32,000 nucleotides of DNA from Opitutia bacterium KCR 482 (GTDB lineage: Bacteria; Verrucomicrobiota; Verrucomicrobiia; Opitutales; Intestinicryptomonadaceae): positions 1,170,001 through 1,202,000 of the forward strand of contig CP149973.1 of NCBI GenBank assembly GCA_029269845.2, written 5' to 3'. A program made the translations under genes and the position numbers. Each line of letters starts with the position of its first letter. The stretch's first letter is position 1. Below, in pieces: positions 1-7,882 of the stretch. The notes under the pieces are model-generated. The model saw nothing but the letters and a program-made list of their open reading frames with translations. It was not told the DNA's origin and searched no databases.

Positions 1-112
1 ACGCCGCAAAATTCAGCCCCGCATACAGCGCAATTCCCAGCAGAATCTGAATCCACAGATTGAGGCTGCGCACGCGCGTGGTGATTTTAAAATCCTCGAA
101 TTTCCCGTTCAT
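1..112 (-). CDS. Partial CDS (first 37 codons, runs off the window start): membrane-anchored protein downstream of the ABC permease, possibly an auxiliary GldG-like component
   Basis: ATG at 112..110 overlaps the permease stop (ATGA). My translation is MNGKFEDFKITTRVRSLNLWIQILLGIALYAGLNFAA, which contains a hydrophobic helix. It is absent from the ORF track because it is truncated. Confidence 0.4.
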   Translation of the reverse strand, partial: MNGKFEDFKITTRVRSLNLWIQILLGIALYAGLNFAA

Positions 113-870
113 GTGTTTTTAGACTCCGTTATGAGCGACGTTATCGCCAGAAGCACCGCCGCCGTGCTTATGTAGAAGAAGAACGGGCGCGTATCCAAAA
201 CCGACGAGATGAAGTCGTCGAAATGCCTGAACGTCCTGAAATATTCGCCCGTTTCGGAAAGCCATGCCGCGCTTTCGGGCATGGGGAATTTCGAGACAAT
301 TCCGCCCCCTATTATGATGAGGAACAGCATGCAAAAAGACAGCATTCCAGCAACGAGCGTCGTGCGGGTGAGCGAGCTTGCGAAAATCCCCACCGCGACG
401 TACATCGCCCCGCCCACCGCAATGAACAGGTAGCCCGTCGAAATTTGCGCGATGTCGAAAAAGCGCGGGTCGGCGGCAATCTGGGGCAGGTAGAAGCGCG
501 AAATTAGCGGGTATGCGAGCGTAGACGCCCACAAAAGCAGGTAGAAAAAGTAGCACGCAATGAATTTTGCCGACACAATCTGGAACGCGGTTATCGGCGT
601 TGTCATCAGCGCTTCGAGCGTGCCCGCGCGGCGCTCGTCGGCAAGGGTGCGCATTGTAAGCAGCGGCACCATGAAAAGCACGGGAACCCAGAACACCGAA
701 AGGAAGTTCGCTATCGGCGAATTTTCGCTGGCGACGCGCCCCGCGTCCACAAGCGCAAGCAAGTACATCAACGCCATGAACGCCGAAAACAGGAACGCCG
801 CAATGTATGTCGACGGCGATATGAACAGCTGCCAAATCTGCTGGCGGACGAGAATTCCGAATCTCCTCAT
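109..870 (-). CDS. ABC-2 type transporter permease (GldF/NosY-like, about 6 TM segments)
   Basis: 253-aa hydrophobic ORF with repeated TM segments. Its start overlaps the stop of the upstream ATPase by 4 nt (867-870). This is the typical ABC-2 permease architecture. Confidence 0.8.
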   Translation of the reverse strand: MRRFGILVRQQIWQLFISPSTYIAAFLFSAFMALMYLLALVDAGRVASENSPIANFLSVFWVPVLFMVPLLTMRTLADERRAGTLEALMTTPITAFQIVSAKFIACYFFYLLLWASTLAYPLISRFYLPQIAADPRFFDIAQISTGYLFIAVGGAMYVAVGIFASSLTRTTLVAGMLSFCMLFLIIIGGGIVSKFPMPESAAWLSETGEYFRTFRHFDDFISSVLDTRPFFFYISTAAVLLAITSLITESKNT

Positions 871-1904
871 TGTCTCTCCTTGTCTATTTCCTCGACCATT
901 TTCGACGTTTCGGGAAGGTCGCGCAGTTGTTCCCAGCTGCGGCGGGTCGCCGCCATGAAAATCTCCTCCAACGAGGGTTTGCGGTACGCCACAAGGCGCG
1001 TTGCAAGCGCGGCGTCCTTCGACAGCTCGCCGATTATCGCCGCGCCGTAGTTCGAATTTTGCGGCGCGCGCAGAACGTAGCCGTAATATCCGAGCGCGTC
1101 CGCCCCCGAAGCCGACTCAATAGAAAGGTCGAGCTGCATGCGCTTCAAAATGTCGGCGAAGCGTTCGGGCGACGCCTTCAAGCCCACTTCGTACCTGTCG
1201 AACGGAATGAAGTCTTTGCGCAGGCTTGCGGGCGAGCCGCTCGCAACAACCGTCCCCTGGTTTATTATAATCACGCGGTCGCACACAAGCTCGATTTCGG
1301 GCAGGATATGGCTGCTGATTACAACGCTCATCTTGCCGCGCAACGAGCAGATGAGTTCGCGGATTGCGAGAATCTGGTGGGGATCGAGGCCGATTGTCGG
1401 CTCGTCCAAAATAATCACGTCGGGGCGCGAAAGTATTGCGTCGGCTATTCCCACCCTCTGGCGGAAGCCCTTCGACAGATTCCCTATTATCTTTTTCGCC
1501 GCCGAGCGTTTCAGCTGGCAGATTTCCATCGCCTCGTCAACCCGCTTCGAAATCTCCGTTTCGGGAACGTCCTTGATTCCCGCGCGGAAGCGCAGGTATT
1601 CGCCAACGCGCAGGTCTTCGGGCAGGGGGTTGTTTTCGGGCATGAAGGCTATGTGGCGGCGGGCGGAGTCGGGACGGTTCGCCACGCTTATTCCGCAGAT
1701 GTGCACACTCCCCGACGTCGCCGGCATGAGGCCTGCGATTATGCGCATTGTCGTGCTTTTGCCCGCCCCGTTCGGGCCGAGAAAGCCGACGACTTCGCCC
1801 TTGCCTATGCGGAACGATACGTTTTCGACCGCCTTCACCTGTCCGTAGCACTTGGTGAGCCGCCGTACGATTACTGAATTGGGTATGTCGGGGTTGTCTT
1901 CCAT
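867..1904 (-). CDS. ABC transporter ATP-binding protein with a C-terminal extension (GldA-like)
   Basis: Walker A GPNGAGKST, ABC signature LSKGFRQRV, Walker B VIILDEPTIGLD, and H-loop SSHIL. Confidence 0.9.
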   Translation of the reverse strand: MEDNPDIPNSVIVRRLTKCYGQVKAVENVSFRIGKGEVVGFLGPNGAGKSTTMRIIAGLMPATSGSVHICGISVANRPDSARRHIAFMPENNPLPEDLRVGEYLRFRAGIKDVPETEISKRVDEAMEICQLKRSAAKKIIGNLSKGFRQRVGIADAILSRPDVIILDEPTIGLDPHQILAIRELICSLRGKMSVVISSHILPEIELVCDRVIIINQGTVVASGSPASLRKDFIPFDRYEVGLKASPERFADILKRMQLDLSIESASGADALGYYGYVLRAPQNSNYGAAIIGELSKDAALATRLVAYRKPSLEEIFMAATRRSWEQLRDLPETSKMVEEIDKERQ

Positions 1905-2021
1905 TGAATAAACGGCAAAATCTTTCCGACGCTCCCGCGCGAAAAGACTTTTTTACTTTGAAATTGGGGATAAAACCGCCACTCCTCCCCCCGAATATGC
2001 GGCGGTCGAAAAAGTCCGCAG

Positions 2022-2381
2022 TTATTTGGACACTTTTTCCTTGATGAAGTTCTTGATGTCTCCGAGCGTGCGGAGTTTCTGAACTTCGTCTTCGGCGATT
2101 GTCGTGCCGATTGCGTCTTCCACCGCGAACACGATTTCCACCATCGTGAGCGAGTCGAGACCGAGGTCGTCGATAATCACGAGAGAATCTGGCGGATTTT
2201 TCAGGGCGTCGCGCTTGTCCGGCTCTACGAAGCGTTCGATAATGCCGATTACGACATCGCCGACGAGTTCGGGATTGCCCGTTTTTCTAAATTCCACCGC
2301 CTTTTCGATTGTCGCGGGGGAGCAGCGTTTAAGCGAGTCGCGGAGAGCCGCTTCGTCTTCCTGTGTAAATTGAGAATTCAT
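2022..2381 (-). CDS. Acyl carrier protein-like protein with a ~40-aa N-terminal extension
   Basis: DDLGLDSLTMVEIVFAVEDAIG carries the DSL phosphopantetheine-attachment motif, followed by a helix II/III pattern. The protein is acidic. Confidence 0.75.
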   Translation of the reverse strand: MNSQFTQEDEAALRDSLKRCSPATIEKAVEFRKTGNPELVGDVVIGIIERFVEPDKRDALKNPPDSLVIIDDLGLDSLTMVEIVFAVEDAIGTTIAEDEVQKLRTLGDIKNFIKEKVSK

Positions 2382-2495
2382 GTATATATATCAACACATT
2401 GCCGCCCCGATTTCAACACATAATTTCACGCCGCCGCCGATAGCCGAAAATCTTTCTTTCAAAAGGGCGCAAATCTGCCATAGTGGGCGGAAATT

Positions 2496-3245
2496 ATGAA
2501 CTGCCTGATTTTCCCAACCCCGCCCCCGTTCAAGCTTGCGCCCGACAGCCCCAAGCTCGAGCATGTCGAAAAAGTCCTAAAAGCCGCCGACGGCGGCACG
2601 GTCTTTGCGGGTCAGGCAAACGGCGGACTTTTTGTATGCAAATTCGAAAAGCTCGCCGACGGCGGCGCGACGCTCACGCCCATTTCCGACGCCCCGAATC
2701 CCGCCCCGCTCGCGGCGTCCGTCGCCGTCGCATTCGCCCGCCCGCAGATTGCCCAGCGCATGCTCTTCGAAGCCGCGTGTTTCGGTGTAGAAAATCTGCT
2801 ATTCTACGCCGCGTCGAAAGGCGAGGCAGACTACGCAAAAAGCGGGCTCTACGCGCGCGGCGAATACGCCAAATGGCTCGAAAAAGGCGCGGAGCAGGCG
2901 TGCGCGACTTCCATTCCCTCGTTCTCCACCGCGTCGAGCCTCACCGAAGCCGTCGAAATGCTCGACGCCCTCGCCCCGCGCGATTCCCTGAAAATCGCTC
3001 CCGACCTATACGAGGCAACTGCCGCTCTCCACGACGTTTTGGATAAATCTCCCGACCTCCACGTCAAGGGTATCCTCGGCAGCGAGCGCGGCTTCTCCAA
3101 CCCCGACCGCAACCTCCTCCGCCTCAACAACTACACCCTCGTCTCCCTCGGCAACCGCGTCCTCCGCACCGACACTGCCCTAATCGCCACCCTCAGCAGG
3201 GCAGGCTGCAGCCTGCACGGCACGGAACTTCGTTCCTTTCTGTGA
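2496..3245 (+). CDS. Hypothetical protein (249 aa)
   Basis: Long ORF with the GC3-rich codon usage of the neighbouring genes. I recognise no motif. The last ~15 codons are encoded by repeat copy A. Confidence 0.6.
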   Translation: MNCLIFPTPPPFKLAPDSPKLEHVEKVLKAADGGTVFAGQANGGLFVCKFEKLADGGATLTPISDAPNPAPLAASVAVAFARPQIAQRMLFEAACFGVENLLFYAASKGEADYAKSGLYARGEYAKWLEKGAEQACATSIPSFSTASSLTEAVEMLDALAPRDSLKIAPDLYEATAALHDVLDKSPDLHVKGILGSERGFSNPDRNLLRLNNYTLVSLGNRVLRTDTALIATLSRAGCSLHGTELRSFL

Positions 3246-3596
3246 TAATACGGCGCGGCTATAACCGCGCCTTTTCCCGATTAGTCCGTATTGCCTGCGG
3301 CAATTACTGGCGTTGGGATATGTGATATTGGGAAAGAAACAAATTAGAATAGACGCGCTTTGCGCGGAGAGAAAAAAAGCGGAAATCCGCAAAACATGGA
3401 ATTTCCGCTTTTTTGTAAACTTAACTTTTATCCCAGCGCAACTTAAAAATCTTCCGCGCCGTGCGCTGTAATTTTAGGGGCGTCAAAATGCCCCTATAAG
3501 AGTGGCTTTCCTGTATTCGCAGGGCGCGTGGCGTACTTTCGTACGCGAGCGGTCTGCGAATACAGGGAAACGCTGTTAGAGGGGCGTTTTCACGCC
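3201..3596. repeat. Copy A of a ~396-nt hairpin-dense repeat (candidate large structured ncRNA or structured MITE-like element)
   Basis: Collinear with 17851-18247. It has many stem-loops, several with compensatory differences between the copies, and no credible ORF. Confidence 0.7.
3372..3414. terminator. Intrinsic terminator hairpin inside repeat copy A (bidirectional in this copy)
   Basis: A7, then GCGGAAATCC/GGAATTTCCGC (10 bp with one bulge), then T6. Confidence 0.55.
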
Positions 3597-4768
3597 CCTA
3601 CCGAGGAGGCGATTTCATCACTTAGTGTGTGAGTGAAGTATTGCATTACCACTGCGTGCGACAACCTGCCCCAATGTTCGTCGTCGGAGCACGCAAGCGC
3701 GTATTTGTGCACAACTTCGTCCGCGGGTCTTTGGAATATAACCGTGTTGGAATACGGATTTTTCCACGCCTTCACGCCGCGTTTAAGCAGGGCGCGGTAG
3801 AAATATTCGGCGTTTTCGAGGACGGCGTTCGCCTGTTTGCGCATGCCCTCCCTGCCCGCGACGGATATGCGCCAGTAGAGTTTGAGGGCGTCGAAACCGC
3901 TTCTGGAACACGAAATTGTGGGAATCACCCCGTTAAGGTAGGGCACGGGGTTGTTTTGCACGTGCGACAAAATCTCCCTGCGGCAGACGAAAATTCCCGC
4001 GGGCTCGTTCAGCCCGTAGAACTTGTGCCCCGAAACGGCGATTGAGTCGAAGCCCATTACGCTTGCGTCGAGGATTTCGCGGGCTTTGGGGTCGTCGAGG
4101 AAAGGCAGATAGCCGCCAAAGAGCGCGGCGTCTAGGTGCTTGTAGACGAAGGGCGGATTGACTTTTTTGACGACCTCGTCGATTGCGCGCTGGTCGTCGA
4201 TAGCCCCCTTGAAAGTGCCGCCGATTGCGATTGCGATGAGCGCGGGACGGTCGGGCGCAAGCTTTTTTTCGAGATCGGAGACGTCCATTTCGCCCGACTC
4301 GTGGGCGCGGATTGTGCGCGTTTCGATGTCGAGAATGTCGCCGAGTTTCTTGACCGAATAGTGGGCCTCGTCCGAAACGTAGAGGACGGGCGGAATGTCC
4401 GACTTCGCCGCGAGCGCGGTTCTGCCGAAATAGACGCCGTGCATGTTGCCGTCGGTGCCGCCGTTTGAAATCACGCCCCAGTGGTCGCCGCCGAAGCCGA
4501 AGGAGTCGGCGACAAAGTCGATGCACGCGCGTTCGAACTCGTCGGTGTGGAGCATGTCCCACTGCGTTTTGTAGGGGTCGCCGACGTTGATGAGGGTGAG
4601 GTCGCACAGCCCCGTATCGACGAGCCACTGGTAGAAGCCCGCGAGGCTCGTTTCCTGGTCGAACGGATAGCCAAGCTGCTCGAACTTGCGCGCGCGCAGG
4701 TTTGCGGCAAGCGCATCGAGTTTCTTCATTGCTTCGGCATTCGGTTTTTTGAATCTTTCCATGGACAT
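3590..4768 (-). CDS. PLP-dependent group II decarboxylase, histidine decarboxylase-like
   Basis: SGHKF PLP-lysine motif, GGTDGNMHG, HYSVKK, and HLDAALFGGYLPF. The length (392 aa) and motif order match Gram-negative PLP histidine decarboxylases. Confidence 0.8.
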   Translation of the reverse strand: MSMERFKKPNAEAMKKLDALAANLRARKFEQLGYPFDQETSLAGFYQWLVDTGLCDLTLINVGDPYKTQWDMLHTDEFERACIDFVADSFGFGGDHWGVISNGGTDGNMHGVYFGRTALAAKSDIPPVLYVSDEAHYSVKKLGDILDIETRTIRAHESGEMDVSDLEKKLAPDRPALIAIAIGGTFKGAIDDQRAIDEVVKKVNPPFVYKHLDAALFGGYLPFLDDPKAREILDASVMGFDSIAVSGHKFYGLNEPAGIFVCRREILSHVQNNPVPYLNGVIPTISCSRSGFDALKLYWRISVAGREGMRKQANAVLENAEYFYRALLKRGVKAWKNPYSNTVIFQRPADEVVHKYALACSDDEHWGRLSHAVVMQYFTHTLSDEIASSVGA

Positions 4769-4879
4769 ATCGCGCCGATTTTCCGCGGCGGCGCGGGCGA
4801 GTCAAGCAATAACGGACGGCGGCGGGAAGCCCGAAAATTGTTTTGCGTTTCGGGCGGAATTTTGAAACACTCCCGACGC

Positions 4880-6127
4880 ATGAGGACATTGTTTACGGCG
4901 GTCATGCTTGCGGTCGCGGCGGCGCAGGCGTTCGGGGTTTCGGCGGAAAAAATCGCCGACGCCGAACGCGTGATGTGGTCGCGCTTCTTCGTTCCCAAAA
5001 CAAAACTTTTCTACGAATGCCTAAGCTCGTTCGACGAAAAAACCTGCCAGAGCCATCTGCCGACGGCGGAGGAGGTCGGGCGGCAGTACCCCAATCCGTG
5101 CGGATACGCCACGGGAATGGAAGACTGCGCGATTCTCGGCGGAACGGTTCTCGCCGCGCTCGCCGACAAATACGAGATGTCGCCCGACCCGCAAACCGCC
5201 GCGCGCGCAAAGCTCGTCGCCGAGGGGCTTGAAAGCCTCGTGCTTCCCGACGGGTTCGTCGCCCGCGGGCTGTGTGTAGAGGACGGCAGGAGCGTATACA
5301 TAAATTCGTCGGTAGACCAGTACACGCACTGCATTCACGGACTTTGGAAATACTGCAAAAGCGCGGTGTCCGACGCCGAGGGGCGCGAGCGGGCGAAAAA
5401 CGCGCTGATAAGAATAGCCGAACGCCTGCGCAGAAACGTGGTCGCCGAGAACGACTTCGACTCCCTGCGCCTCGACGGCAAGCCCTGCGCCCTCCGCATA
5501 AGCCGCTTCACGACGGAACGCCCGCATGTCGCCGCGCGGCTTTCGATGGCGTACGCCGCCGCGTGGGACGTTTCGGGAAAGCCCGAATATTACTCGCTTT
5601 ACAGAAGCGGAATCGGGGAAGCGATCGCCGTTTCGGAGCGGATAAAAATCGCGCCGTACACGCCGATTTACTCTTTTTTGCAAATGCAGATTTCGCTCGA
5701 ACTGCTGTGCGAAACCGAGAGCGACCCCATGCTGAAATCGCGGATAGAAAAACTGATGTCGAAGCTGCCGAAGCTGTGCGCCGAACTCGCGCCGAGGCTC
5801 GAAAAACGCTTCGACGCCGCCGAGCTTGAAACGCCCTACGGCGACTGGCGCAGGCCCGAAAAAACGGAAGTCAGAAACGGCTACAACATACCCAAGCTCG
5901 GAAAGTCGCGCGATGTCTGGCGGACAATACGCGACACGGGAGAAATCGCGCTCGTTGCGGCAATCGCCCCGCGCGGCGAAATTCCCGAACCGATAGAATC
6001 GCTCTACGAAAAGGCGGTCGCAAAAATCGACTACGACAAATGCGCAAGCTGCGGGGCAATCTACCACTGGGCGGCGTTTGTGGAGCTTCAAAAACGCGCA
6101 AAAAACCGCGCCTCCGAAACGCGATAA
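4880..6127 (+). CDS. Secreted hypothetical protein (415 aa), largely helical, possibly a six-hairpin glycosidase-like fold
   Basis: Internal ATG at 4880 gives the signal peptide MRTLFTAVMLAVAAAQAFG. The track ORF start at 4481 lies antisense within the decarboxylase gene. Confidence 0.65.
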   Translation: MRTLFTAVMLAVAAAQAFGVSAEKIADAERVMWSRFFVPKTKLFYECLSSFDEKTCQSHLPTAEEVGRQYPNPCGYATGMEDCAILGGTVLAALADKYEMSPDPQTAARAKLVAEGLESLVLPDGFVARGLCVEDGRSVYINSSVDQYTHCIHGLWKYCKSAVSDAEGRERAKNALIRIAERLRRNVVAENDFDSLRLDGKPCALRISRFTTERPHVAARLSMAYAAAWDVSGKPEYYSLYRSGIGEAIAVSERIKIAPYTPIYSFLQMQISLELLCETESDPMLKSRIEKLMSKLPKLCAELAPRLEKRFDAAELETPYGDWRRPEKTEVRNGYNIPKLGKSRDVWRTIRDTGEIALVAAIAPRGEIPEPIESLYEKAVAKIDYDKCASCGAIYHWAAFVELQKRAKNRASETR

Positions 6128-6234
6128 ATGCAGGATTCCTGCCGAAACGCGCCCGAAAAAAAACGCTGCAAGGCGGGGACATTCAAAGCGGCGCGGGCGG
6201 CGCGAAACCCGAAAACGCGTCCGCGTTCATTAGC

Positions 6235-7815
6235 CTATTTTTTCAGGGGTTTGAAAGACTTCGGCGCAATGCCAAGCTGCGCTATTTTGTAGTTTAAAAT
6301 GCGGCGCGAAACCGAAAGCTGTCGGGCTGCGGCGGAGGCGTTGCCGCCGTTTGCCGCAAGGACTTCCACGATGATTTCGCGCTCGAATTCGGCAACCATC
6401 TTGGCGAAGTCTATGTTCTCCTCCGTTTTCAGTTTGGAGGTATTTGTGGACTGCGGCGTTTGGAGCGACGGCGGCAAGTCGGACTCGGTAATCGACTGCC
6501 CCGCCGCGATTATCACCGCGCGTTCTATACAGTTTTCAAGCTCGCGCACGTTGCTCGGCCAGTGGTACGCGCAGAGCATGTTCATTGCGCCCGCGCTGAT
6601 TGAAATCACTTTTTTGCCGCGCAGACGCGCGTGTTTTTGGAGGAAGAATTTTGCGAGCGCGGGAATGTCGCGGCGGCGGCGGCGCAGGGGGGGAATCGAG
6701 ATTGTGAAAATCGAAAGCTGGTAGTAGAAGTCGGGGCGGATTATGCCGTCGCGCATGCGCCCCTCCAAGTCGCCCGAAGTGGAGGCGATTATCCGCGCGG
6801 AGGATTTCAGCGTCTCCGTTCCGCCGGAACGCACATATTCGCCCGACGCCAGATATTTCAGAAGCTTTATTTGAAGCGGCTTGCCGATAAGCCCTATCGA
6901 GTCGAGGTAGACAATGCCGCCGTCCGCCTTTTCGAGAAGCCCCGTGCGGCGGGGGCTGTCCGCGCCGAAAAGCTCGGCGTCTATGAGCGAGTCGCGCATG
7001 GTGGAGCAGTCGAGAATTTCAAGCGGCTTGTCCTTCCAGCGCGGGCGGTTTGCGATTGCCCGCATGGCGAAATCCTTGCCCGCGCCGACCTCCCCGCGCA
7101 CGAGAACGTGCGAATTCCCCTCGCCCGCCTTCGCGATAAGCTCGTATGTTTTAATCATCGCGGCGGTGTTGCCTATCGCGTTTTCGGGGCGCAGTTGGAG
7201 GTCGATTTTGTTGCGCAGCTCGCGGTTTTCGGAGTTGAGCTTTTCGGTCTCCTCGCGCTCCAAGAAAAGGACGGTCACGGCGTCGGAAATGATGTTGGCG
7301 ATTGTTTCGAGAAGTTTGAGGTCGCGCCGCAGGACGTATTTTGTGGGGTCGGTTCTGTCTATGCTGAGAGTTCCGATGACGTTGCCCCTGCTGAAAATGG
7401 GCACGCAAAGGAAGGCGGTTTTGGACGACATCGTGCGGCTCAGCGTGCGGTTGAGGAAGTCGGGGCTTTTGGAAATGTCGGGCACCACGCGCGAGACTCC
7501 CCGCGCGGCGACGTCGCCCGTAACGCCCTCGCCCATGCGGTAAACGCCGCGCTTGCGCTCTTCGTCGCTAAGCCCGTGCGAAGCGCAGATTGTGAGCAAA
7601 TCGCCGTTGCGCAGGGTTACCGTGCCGCGCGTGAGGTTCATGCGGTCGAAGAGAATGTCGAGCACTTCGCGCAGAAGCAGCGAGACGTCCTTCATGCGGA
7701 CGGCGGTCTTGCTGATGTCGTGCAAAACCGACACGACAAGCCCGCGCGCGCGGCGGTTTGCCGCGTTTTTGGAGCGGGGCGCAAGCCCGTCTTTTGTGTC
7801 CTTTGTATCCGACAT
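6235..7815 (-). CDS. GAF-domain / AAA+ / Fis-type HTH transcriptional regulator (bEBP family, GAFTGA loop missing)
   Basis: N-terminal GAF-like region, Walker A GEVGAGKD, Walker B GGIVYLDSIG, the R-finger region, and a C-terminal HTH AAARQLSVSRRILNYKIAQLGI. Confidence 0.85.
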   Translation of the reverse strand: MSDTKDTKDGLAPRSKNAANRRARGLVVSVLHDISKTAVRMKDVSLLLREVLDILFDRMNLTRGTVTLRNGDLLTICASHGLSDEERKRGVYRMGEGVTGDVAARGVSRVVPDISKSPDFLNRTLSRTMSSKTAFLCVPIFSRGNVIGTLSIDRTDPTKYVLRRDLKLLETIANIISDAVTVLFLEREETEKLNSENRELRNKIDLQLRPENAIGNTAAMIKTYELIAKAGEGNSHVLVRGEVGAGKDFAMRAIANRPRWKDKPLEILDCSTMRDSLIDAELFGADSPRRTGLLEKADGGIVYLDSIGLIGKPLQIKLLKYLASGEYVRSGGTETLKSSARIIASTSGDLEGRMRDGIIRPDFYYQLSIFTISIPPLRRRRRDIPALAKFFLQKHARLRGKKVISISAGAMNMLCAYHWPSNVRELENCIERAVIIAAGQSITESDLPPSLQTPQSTNTSKLKTEENIDFAKMVAEFEREIIVEVLAANGGNASAAARQLSVSRRILNYKIAQLGIAPKSFKPLKK

Positions 7816-7882
7816 ATTTTCGCATTTTCAAAAAAACGAAGATACTTGCAAAGAAAAAAACATTCTGTTTTAGTTTGGGACG

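Noticed and set aside
3180-3392. 70-aa minus-strand ORF inside repeat copy A.
   Set aside because: It is not conserved in copy B, where indels and stops disrupt it. It has no RBS, and the sequence is dominated by hairpins.
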